A DNA stretch of 64,000 nt from Escherichia coli (GTDB lineage Bacteria > Pseudomonadota > Gammaproteobacteria > Enterobacterales > Enterobacteriaceae), in NCBI RefSeq assembly GCF_003991155.1, contig NZ_CP031293.1. One strand, given 5' to 3'. The notes under the pieces were generated by a model. That model made no database searches. It saw only the letters and a list, made by a program, of their open reading frames with translations, and was not told the origin of the DNA. Positions 11,943 to 19,613 of this stretch are shown in pieces. A program made the position numbers and the translations under genes. Position 1 is the stretch's first letter. Each line of letters opens with the position of its first letter.

Positions 11943-12833
11943 ATGCGTAAGTTCATTTTCGTATTGCTGACACTGCTTTTGGTCAGCCCTTTTTCCTTTG
12001 CGATGAAAGGTATTATCTGGCAACCACAAAACCGTGATAGTCAGGTTACCGATACCCAGTGGCAGGGGCTGATGAGTCAGTTACGTTTGCAAGGCTTCGA
12101 TACCCTGGTTTTGCAATGGACTCGTTACGGCGATGCATTCACCCAGCCAGAACAGCGCGCGTTATTGTTTAAGCGTGCCGCAGCTGCGCAACAGGCTGGC
12201 CTGAAGCTGATTGTCGGGCTGAATGCCGATCCGGAATTTTTTATGCACCAGAAACAGTCGTCTGCAGCGCTGGAAAGCTATCTTAACCGCCTGCTGGCTG
12301 CCGATCTCCAGCAAGCCAGATTATGGAGCGCCGTACCTGGCGTAACGCCGGATGGCTGGTACATCAGCGCGGAAATTGACGACCTGAACTGGCGCAGCGA
12401 AGCCGCCCGTCAGCCTTTGCTAACATGGTTAAACAACGCGCAGCGGTTGATTAGCGATGTTTCAGCAAAACCGGTTTATATCAGTAGTTTTTTCGCCGGA
12501 AACATGTCGCCCGATGGCTATCGCCAACTGCTGGAACACGTTAAAGCAACCGGCGTTAATGTCTGGGTACAGGATGGCAGCGGCGTGGATAAACTGACCG
12601 CTGAACAGCGTGAACGTTATCTACAGGCCAGCGCCGATTGCCAAAGCTCCGCCCCAGCAAGCGGCATTGTTTATGAACTGTTTGTCGCCGGCAAAGGCAA
12701 AACCTTTACAGCGAAACCGAAACCGGACGCAGAAATTGCCTCGCTGTTAGCGAAACGTTCCTCTTGCGGTAAAGACACGCTCTATTTCTCTCTGCGCTAT
12801 TTGCCCGTCGCGCACGGCATTCTCGAGTATTAA
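11943..12833 (+). CDS. ybcH: YbcH, secreted protein of the nfr locus
   Basis: 296 aa with signal peptide MRKFIFVLLTLLLVSPFSFA. The start abuts the nfrA stop (TAA-ATG). Confidence 0.85.
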   Translation: MRKFIFVLLTLLLVSPFSFAMKGIIWQPQNRDSQVTDTQWQGLMSQLRLQGFDTLVLQWTRYGDAFTQPEQRALLFKRAAAAQQAGLKLIVGLNADPEFFMHQKQSSAALESYLNRLLAADLQQARLWSAVPGVTPDGWYISAEIDDLNWRSEAARQPLLTWLNNAQRLISDVSAKPVYISSFFAGNMSPDGYRQLLEHVKATGVNVWVQDGSGVDKLTAEQRERYLQASADCQSSAPASGIVYELFVAGKGKTFTAKPKPDAEIASLLAKRSSCGKDTLYFSLRYLPVAHGILEY

Positions 12834-13015
12834 ATCTCCTCCAGGTAAGTCGGGTACGACCTGGCTTACCTCTTTCGCTCTCGTCAGAATTCCATCAAGA
12901 TTAATTGCTAAAAAGCGTGCTAAAGAAAGAAGATCGTTATCGGCGAACGGGCCGATCACTCATGCAGGAAGCATAGATCCTTTGAGCGGAGTTTCTGATA
13001 TCTGAGGAGTGCGAA

Positions 13016-13777
13016 ATGCAATTGAGCAGCAGTGAACCTTGCGTGGTGATCCTGACCGAAAAAGAGGTAGAGGTAAGCGTCAATAACCATGCTACGTTTA
13101 CCCTTCCGAAAAACTACCTGGCCGCCTTCGCGTGCAACAATAACGTCATTGAACTCTCAACGTTAAATCACGTATTAATCACCCACATCAACCGTAACAT
13201 CATCAACGATTATCTGTTGTTTTTAAATAAGAACTTAACCTGTATAAAGCCCTGGTCGCGGCTGGCAACCCCGGTTATCGCTTGTCATAGCCGTACACCG
13301 GAAGTGTTCCGGCTAGCCGCCAACCACAGCAAGCAGCAACCCAGCAAACCCTGCGAAGCGGAGTTGACGCGCGCATTGCTTTTTACCGTATTGTCTAACT
13401 TTCTTGAGCAATCGCGGTTTATTGCCCTACTGATGTATATCTTACGCAGCAGCGTCCGCGACAGCGTCTGCCGCATTATTCAAAGCGATATTCAGCATTA
13501 CTGGAATCTGCGAATTGTCGCCAGTTCGCTATGTTTAAGCCCCAGCCTGCTCAAAAAGAAATTAAAAAACGAAAATACCAGCTATAGCCAGATTGTCACA
13601 GAGTGTCGTATGCGTTACGCCGTACAGATGTTATTGATGGATAACAAAAATATCACTCAGGTAGCGCAATTATGTGGCTATAGCAGCACGTCGTACTTTA
13701 TCTCTGTTTTTAAGGCGTTTTACGGCCTGACACCGTTGAATTATCTCGCCAAACAGCGACAAAAAGTGATGTGGTGA
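13016..13777 (+). CDS. envY: EnvY AraC-family porin thermoregulator
   Basis: 253 aa. C-terminal AraC HTH (ITQVAQLCGYSSTSYFISVFKAFYGLTP). Sits between ybcH and ompT, as in K-12. Confidence 0.9.
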   Translation: MQLSSSEPCVVILTEKEVEVSVNNHATFTLPKNYLAAFACNNNVIELSTLNHVLITHINRNIINDYLLFLNKNLTCIKPWSRLATPVIACHSRTPEVFRLAANHSKQQPSKPCEAELTRALLFTVLSNFLEQSRFIALLMYILRSSVRDSVCRIIQSDIQHYWNLRIVASSLCLSPSLLKKKLKNENTSYSQIVTECRMRYAVQMLLMDNKNITQVAQLCGYSSTSYFISVFKAFYGLTPLNYLAKQRQKVMW

Positions 13778-13820
13778 AGGGCAAAGCGGAAACGGATAAG
13801 ACGGGGATAAATGAAGAAGA

Positions 13821-13867
13821 AATGGCGCGCCCTGCAGGATTCGAACCTGCGGCCCACGACTTAGAAG
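13821..13867. repeat. att repeat (distal copy): duplicated 3' end of argU
   Basis: AATGGCGCGCCCTGCAGGATTCGAACCTGCGGCCCACGACTTAGAAG is identical to 62545-62591. Identity ends at the next base (T versus G). Confidence 0.9.
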
Positions 13868-14289
13868 TTCCTAGAACGACATTTTAAGTCAACAACTTAC
13901 CGCGCCATCTCTGCGCTCACACGTCCCACTACCTCAAAACATGTAAAGCCTTGCAAGCCATTGTGAGGCCTTATGTGTCTCAGTTTTGTCCCTCTTTTTT
14001 GTACCAAAAAACATAGCAATTGAGGATAAACCTCATGCTATTTTCGCTTATATGCCTCTAAAGGCATGGCGCTTAAATAGATAAAAACACCACAAAAGCA
14101 TAAAAAACCACACAGTAAAACCGCAACATAAAACAATAACAGATAATTAAACCAAAAACAGATAGCGCATTGTGATAATCATTCAATACTAAACAAAATA
14201 TAAACAGTGGAGCAATATGTAATTGACTCATTAAGTTAGATATAAAAAATACATATTCAATCATTAAAACGATTGAATGGAGAACTTTT

Positions 14290-15243
14290 ATGCGGGCGAA
14301 ACTTCTGGGAATAGTCCTGACAACCCCTATTGCGATCAGCTCTTTTGCTTCTACCGAGACTATATCGTTTACTCCTGACAACATAAATGCGGGCATTAGT
14401 CTTGGAACTCTGAGCGGAAAAACAAAAGAGCGCGTTTATCTAGCTGAAGAAGGAGGCCGAAAAGTCAGTCAACTCGACTGGAAATTCAATAACGCTGCAA
14501 TTATTAAAGGTGCAATTAATTGGGATTTGATGCCCCAGATATCTATTGGGGCTGCGGGCTGGACTACTCTCGGCAGCCGAGGTGGCAATATGGTCGATCA
14601 GGACTGGATGGATTCCAGTAACCCCGGAACCTGGACAGATGAAAGTAGGCACCCTGATACACAACTCAATTATGCCAACGAATTTGATCTGAATATCAAA
14701 GGCTGGCTCCTCAACGAACCCAATTACCGCCTGGGACTCATGGCCGGATATCAGGAAAGCCGTTATAGCTTTACAGCCAGAGGTGGTTCCTATATCTACA
14801 GTTCTGAGGAGGGATTCAGAGATGATATCGGCTCCTTCCCGAATGGAGAAAGAGCAATCGGCTACAAACAACGTTTTAAAATGCCCTACATTGGCTTGAC
14901 TGGAAGTTATCGTTATGAAGATTTTGAGCTAGGTGGCACATTTAAATACAGCGGCTGGGTGGAAGCATCTGATAACGATGAGCACTATGACCCAGGAAAA
15001 AGAATCACTTATCGCAGTAAAGTCAAAGACCAAAATTACTATTCTGTTGCAGTCAATGCAGGTTATTACGTAACACCTAACGCAAAAGTTTATGTTGAAG
15101 GCGCATGGAATCGGGTTACGAATAAAAAAGGTAATACTTCACTTTATGATCACAATGATAACACTTCAGACTACAGCAAAAATGGTGCAGGCATAGAAAA
15201 CTATAACTTCATCACTACTGCTGGTCTTAAGTACACCTTTTAA
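14290..15243 (+). CDS. ompT: OmpT outer-membrane aspartyl (omptin) protease
   Basis: 317 aa, MRAKLLGIVLTTPIAISSFA...TTAGLKYTF. Lies inside the att repeats. Confidence 0.95.
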   Translation: MRAKLLGIVLTTPIAISSFASTETISFTPDNINAGISLGTLSGKTKERVYLAEEGGRKVSQLDWKFNNAAIIKGAINWDLMPQISIGAAGWTTLGSRGGNMVDQDWMDSSNPGTWTDESRHPDTQLNYANEFDLNIKGWLLNEPNYRLGLMAGYQESRYSFTARGGSYIYSSEEGFRDDIGSFPNGERAIGYKQRFKMPYIGLTGSYRYEDFELGGTFKYSGWVEASDNDEHYDPGKRITYRSKVKDQNYYSVAVNAGYYVTPNAKVYVEGAWNRVTNKKGNTSLYDHNDNTSDYSKNGAGIENYNFITTAGLKYTF

Positions 15244-15263
15244 CGAAGTTAACCAGATTTTCT

Positions 15264-15299
15264 CCCCGGTGGTATTGTATAACCCCGGGGAATTTGTTT
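15264..15299 (+). terminator. Putative ompT terminator hairpin
   Basis: CCCCGG...CCGGGG stem followed by AATTTGTTT, 20 nt after the ompT stop. Confidence 0.45.
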
Positions 15300-15429
15300 A
15301 CAGTTACAAGTAGACAATATCCACTAATTTTGTAAGCATTTAACCTATGTCATAACGTGTAATCTCTTACCGCAACACAAGACCTCAATATATTCAAATC
15401 TTATCTTTATTCCGATATTCAGAGACACA

Positions 15430-16914
15430 ATGCGAAAAATAATTACTCATTTCAAAGTTGTTTTAACGTTACTTCTACCAGTAACCGTATCTGCCCAGCA
15501 GATACAGTGGCAATCCTGTATGGCCAGTCAATTCAACCACTGGTTTGGTGAGGAAAAACCGTCTCCTGACTTACTATGTGGTTATTTGTCTGTTCCATTA
15601 AAATATACAGACACAGGCGGAGATGCTTCTTATGAAAAAAAATCACAAGTCAAACTAGCGTTGACAAAATTGCCGGCAAAAAGCAAGCATAAAGGAAGTA
15701 TCCTGATAATAAGTGGTGGTCCCGGGTTACCAGGCATAAATCCTTATATTAACTTTGACTGGCCAGTCACAAATCTTCGTGAGTCATGGGATATTATTGG
15801 ATTTGATCCTCGAGGCGTCGGACAGTCCACTCCGACAATAAACTGCCGGCAATCAGATACAGAGACTCAGGAAAACATAACCGAAAAGCAACAAGTATTA
15901 AATAAAATTAATGCCTGTATCCATAATACCGGAGCCGAAGTCATTCGCCATATCGGCTCTAACGAGGCTGTATACGATATTGATCGTATTAGGCAAGCCT
16001 TGGGGGATAAACAACTGACAGCCGTGGCGTATTCGTATGGAACTCAAATTGCAGCCTTATATGCAGAACGTTTTCCCTACAACGTAAGATCTATCGTTCT
16101 TGATGGAGTCGTCGATATCGATGACCTGGAGGACAACTTCACATGGCAACTCAAACAGGCACAGAGTTATCAGGAAACGTTTGATCGCTTTGCATCCTGG
16201 TGTGCGCGTACAAAAAGTTGCCCGCTTTCTTCAGACAGAGATAAGGCAATAACTCAGTTCCATGAGCTATTATCAAAATTACATCACAAACCTTTATTAG
16301 ACAGTAAGGGAGAAAATATATCTTCAGATGAACTCATATCATTAACAACAGACCTTCTGCTATGGCGTTCATCATGGCCAACCCTTGCAACTGCCATACG
16401 CCAGTTCTCTCAGGGGATTGTCAGTAATGAAATTGAAACTGCGCTCAGTGCTCCGATAGCCTCAGAAGAGTCAAGCGATGCTTCGGGGGTAATCCTCTGT
16501 GTAGATCAGGGGGATGAGCAATTAACACCAGAAGAGCGAAAATCCCGAAAAGACGCTCTTGCGAATGCCTTCCCGGCTATTAACTTTGACAATGGACGTT
16601 CCGATTCACCTGATTTTTGTGAATTATGGCCAATACATAGCGACCTGAACAAAACTCGCCTGAAAAATACTGTTCTGCCCTCTGGTTTACTGTTTGTAGC
16701 ACACAAATACGACCCAACAACGCCCTGGATTAATGCCCGTAAGATGGCAGAGAAATTTTCCAGCCCGTTACTAACAATAAATGGTGATGGGCATACATTA
16801 GCTCTCACCGGAGTTAATTTATGTGTAGATAAAGCAGTTGTACATCACCTGATCACTCCACAAAAAATAGAAAATATATACTGCCCAGGAAATTCTGAAG
16901 CAGAAATACAATAA
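15430..16914 (+). CDS. Secreted alpha/beta-hydrolase, S33 tripeptidyl-aminopeptidase (TAP)-like
   Basis: 494 aa with signal peptide ending VSAQQ. Contains GGPGLPG and DPRGVGQS, nucleophile elbow AYSYGTQ, and C-terminal NGDGHT. AT-rich. Confidence 0.7.
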   Translation: MRKIITHFKVVLTLLLPVTVSAQQIQWQSCMASQFNHWFGEEKPSPDLLCGYLSVPLKYTDTGGDASYEKKSQVKLALTKLPAKSKHKGSILIISGGPGLPGINPYINFDWPVTNLRESWDIIGFDPRGVGQSTPTINCRQSDTETQENITEKQQVLNKINACIHNTGAEVIRHIGSNEAVYDIDRIRQALGDKQLTAVAYSYGTQIAALYAERFPYNVRSIVLDGVVDIDDLEDNFTWQLKQAQSYQETFDRFASWCARTKSCPLSSDRDKAITQFHELLSKLHHKPLLDSKGENISSDELISLTTDLLLWRSSWPTLATAIRQFSQGIVSNEIETALSAPIASEESSDASGVILCVDQGDEQLTPEERKSRKDALANAFPAINFDNGRSDSPDFCELWPIHSDLNKTRLKNTVLPSGLLFVAHKYDPTTPWINARKMAEKFSSPLLTINGDGHTLALTGVNLCVDKAVVHHLITPQKIENIYCPGNSEAEIQ

Positions 16915-16935
16915 TTTCAAAATATTCCGCTATTT

Positions 16936-16985
16936 GCTCCCAATGCAAAACATATATTGCATTGGGAGCATATTCATATTTTTGT
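16936..16985 (+). terminator. Rho-independent terminator after the hydrolase gene
   Basis: 13-bp perfect stem GCTCCCAATGCAA/TTGCATTGGGAGC (16936-16969), followed by a T-rich tract. Confidence 0.6.
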
Positions 16986-17180
16986 TATTCTTGTATGAAA
17001 TCGTCTCATGTACACGGTCCTTTTTTCGCCGAAAACTGATATTACTTTAATCAAAAGTTGACGTGCCAGATTCGAAGTAAATTTATAAAATATCAAATCA
17101 ATATACATTTTGCACCTTCGAGATAGTAATTGCTGTTACTGTAACATGAGTTACAAACAGCTTCATACCCAGAGCTACTG

Positions 17181-17396
17181 ATGTATCAACACGATTCAAC
17201 AATACCCGATATTTATTCCATGCCTCCAGCAACGATCTTTCTTCCTCCGTTGCGATTTCCCAGCATCCTGCAGTGGCGCAATATACTCACTGAATTCCTG
17301 GATGTAGAACTGTGTGGTGACGGTCTTCCAGCCATTCGGCTCCTGCTGTATCGAAGCATACCAGGCTATTTCAATATCGCTATGCTGCGGCAGCAT
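17181..17396 (-). pseudogene. Tail-fibre assembly (tfa) remnant, frameshifted (tfaX-like)
   Basis: Reads MLPQHSDIEIAWYAS...PLQDAG. The Tfa C-terminal motif [27 protein letters not shown] continues in another frame. Homology stops at about 17181. Confidence 0.7.
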
Positions 17397-17452
17397 TTAA
17401 CCCCTTGTAATTCATCGCCATAATTGATTTAATTCACAAATAAAACTATAAC

Positions 17453-18121
17453 ATGGTGAAATTAATGAAAAAAAACACAGATGATGGGGCTAAAATTTAC
17501 ACACCACTTACCCTAAAGCTTTATGACTGGTGGGTTTTGGGAGTATCAAATCGGCTTGCATGGGGATGTCCTACAAAGGAACACCTTCTTCCACACTTTC
17601 TGGAACATTTAGGTAACAACCATCTGGATATTGGTGTTGGAACTGGGTTTTACCTTACTCACGTACCTGAGAGCAGTCTGATATCTTTAATGGATTTGAA
17701 CGAAGCTAGCCTGAACGCGGCATCTACAAGGGCTGGGGAATCAAAAATTAAACATAAAATTAGCCATGATGTTTTTGAACCTTATCCCGCGGCGTTACAT
17801 GGTCAATTTGATTCCATTTCCATGTTTTACCTTCTTCACTGCCTGCCTGGAAATATATCTACAAAAAGCTGTGTAATACGCAATGCGGCGCAGGCCTTAA
17901 CTGACGATGGAACTCTATACGGAGCCACAATTCTTGGCGATGGAGTTGTGCACAATAGCTTCGGTCAAAAACTGATGCGCATTTACAATCAGAAAGGCAT
18001 CTTTTCAAACACAAAAGATTCCGAAGAAGGCTTAACACATATACTCTCAGAGCATTTCGAGAATGTTAAAACCAAGGTTCAAGGTACTGTAGTAATGTTT
18101 TCCGCTTCAGGGAAAAAATAG
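17453..18121 (+). CDS. ybcY: SAM-dependent methyltransferase (YbcY-like)
   Basis: 222 aa with class-I MTase motif HLDIGVGTGFY. Sits between two tfa fragments, as ybcY does in DLP12. Confidence 0.7.
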   Translation: MVKLMKKNTDDGAKIYTPLTLKLYDWWVLGVSNRLAWGCPTKEHLLPHFLEHLGNNHLDIGVGTGFYLTHVPESSLISLMDLNEASLNAASTRAGESKIKHKISHDVFEPYPAALHGQFDSISMFYLLHCLPGNISTKSCVIRNAAQALTDDGTLYGATILGDGVVHNSFGQKLMRIYNQKGIFSNTKDSEEGLTHILSEHFENVKTKVQGTVVMFSASGKK

Positions 18122-18128
18122 CATCCAA

Positions 18129-18161
18129 CCGCAGCACGTTCTTGCTTAAGACGTGCTGCGG
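18129..18161. terminator. 11-bp perfect hairpin between the convergent ybcY-like gene and tfa fragment
   Basis: CCGCAGCACGT-11 nt-ACGTGCTGCGG. No clear T-run on either side. Confidence 0.4.
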
Positions 18162-18175
18162 CATAATCCCAATGA

Positions 18176-18304
18176 TTACTCCCTGACAGGGTTCGTAGGC
18201 CACTCAATATCAGGTGCAGTTGATGTATCAACACGGTTCAGCAACACCCGATACTTCTTCCAGGCTTCCAGCAACGAGGTTTCTTCCTCCGTTGCATATA
18301 CAGC
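18176..18304 (-). pseudogene. C-terminal tfa fragment without a start codon
   Basis: Reverse frame reads [42 protein letters not shown]-stop. There is an in-frame stop immediately upstream at 18305-18307. Confidence 0.75.
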
Positions 18305-18313
18305 TCACTTTTT

Positions 18314-18607
18314 TCACCCACGATTAACCAACAGCCAGACCAGCAGACACGCCACCACCGGCACAGCAAAATCCATCAGACTTGCTACATCCCACGCGCG
18401 CGGATCAAAACCGCCCCACCACGGCATATTCATTCGCTTGCCATGCCCGAACATTTCAATCCAGCGATATTCTGCCTGGGTGTGTTCACGCGCAATGAAG
18501 AACGTACAACCGGCTATCGCCCCGTAAACCCAGTTTCCGGTAAAAAGACCAATCAGTACCTGCGCAGCCACAGCACAAAGCGCATGAAGAAAAGGTGTTA
18601 TATCCAT
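18314..18607 (-). CDS. Small hydrophobic (multi-TM) protein of unknown function
   Basis: 97 aa with hydrophobic stretches LHALCAVAAQVLIGLF, YGAIAGCTFFIA and VPVVACLLVWLLV. Occupies the place of the N-terminal part of a tfa gene. Confidence 0.5.
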   Translation of the reverse strand: MDITPFLHALCAVAAQVLIGLFTGNWVYGAIAGCTFFIAREHTQAEYRWIEMFGHGKRMNMPWWGGFDPRAWDVASLMDFAVPVVACLLVWLLVNRG

Positions 18608-18617
18608 TACTCCTCCT

Positions 18618-19322
18618 TTATCTAATATCGCTTCGGGAAGTTAATAACAACTTTAATTCTGACTCAAGTTCATCAACTCTTTCAGTCAGTTTCTGGATAT
18701 GGTGAATCAGTGGAACAACCAGACGTTCGTACATTACACCTTCGGCAACAAGGCCATTGCTGGAAATAGCTTCAGGAGCATCATCTTCGTTAGCTGGTCG
18801 CCAGTGTACAAACTGAGGAGCAATTTCTCCTACTTCCTCGGCAATCAATCCGTAGAATCCCCAGTCACGCCTGTCATTTTCGCATTGCGACCTGTACCAC
18901 ACAGGGCGCATCCTGAAAATGAGATCGGCGTGCTCTGAATCTATTGTCTCTACTGAATGTTTATAGCGGATAGACGATGTTGACCGCAGCACAGACGAAA
19001 TTGCAGGGTCAGGATTAAGATAAAGGTTTGCCGCCGCTGTAGTCGTGGCCAAATTCCATAAATAAAACGCTTCACGACCTGTCAGTGGATAAAAATCTCC
19101 GCCATAACGACCACTTTCCAGATCGTTCACTTCCACTTTGTTTTTCAGCTTATTATCAACTTCAGTTTTTGTGTATCTGGAGCTGATATCCTGCTTTGCA
19201 CTGGTCATCTCAGTCTGAAGCGTTGATACTTTTCTGCTAATTGATGAAATATCTTCCTTAGCTTTACTGACATCTCCCTTTAGCTTGGTGATATCTCCTG
19301 GAATTACTGTCGATGTAGCCAT
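18618..19322 (-). CDS. Short fibre-like protein with a C-terminal S74 intramolecular-chaperone domain
   Basis: 234 aa with an N-terminal coiled coil. Contains SSIRYKHSVETID...WGFYGLIAEEVGEIAPQFV...MYERLVVPLIHHIQKL, an S74-type Ser/Lys autoprocessing signature. Confidence 0.65.
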   Translation of the reverse strand: MATSTVIPGDITKLKGDVSKAKEDISSISRKVSTLQTEMTSAKQDISSRYTKTEVDNKLKNKVEVNDLESGRYGGDFYPLTGREAFYLWNLATTTAAANLYLNPDPAISSVLRSTSSIRYKHSVETIDSEHADLIFRMRPVWYRSQCENDRRDWGFYGLIAEEVGEIAPQFVHWRPANEDDAPEAISSNGLVAEGVMYERLVVPLIHHIQKLTERVDELESELKLLLTSRSDIR

Positions 19323-19331
19323 TTTTCTGCC

Positions 19332-19613
19332 TCACATCCAGCCACGAAGTTGATGCTCAACAACAACCGCGTATTTATCGAATATTGACGATTTTTTTGC
19401 ATCATTAATGATGCGCACGTTTACAAAATATCCATCTTCCTTAACACATACCGGTTCGCCATCTTCAGTCAGCTCTCCGGTTTCTTTGTACACGTTACCT
19501 ATCACGTCAATAAGAATATCATCCTGCATCGACTCGTCATCATAATAACCAGCACTCTCCATAAAGGTCGAAAAGTCGGCCCTGTCGGCAAATTTGAGTG
19601 TTAAATCTTTCAT
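19332..19613 (-). CDS. 93-aa acidic protein translationally coupled to stf (possible fibre accessory/chaperone)
   Basis: Its ATG overlaps the stf stop (TAATG at 19611-19615). No recognised family. Confidence 0.5.
   Translation of the reverse strand: MKDLTLKFADRADFSTFMESAGYYDDESMQDDILIDVIGNVYKETGELTEDGEPVCVKEDGYFVNVRIINDAKKSSIFDKYAVVVEHQLRGWM

Noticed and set aside
14073-14396. A 107-aa minus-strand ORF overlapping the ompT start and upstream region.
   Set aside because: Its translation is AT-rich, low-complexity and hydrophobic. It overlaps the well-defined ompT start and signal peptide, so it is most likely spurious.
17133-17145. The palindrome TGTTAC-T-GTAACA upstream of the tfaX-like remnant.
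   Set aside because: It is short, isolated, without a partner site or an adjacent promoter or gene that it could plausibly regulate. It is at chance level for AT-rich DNA.
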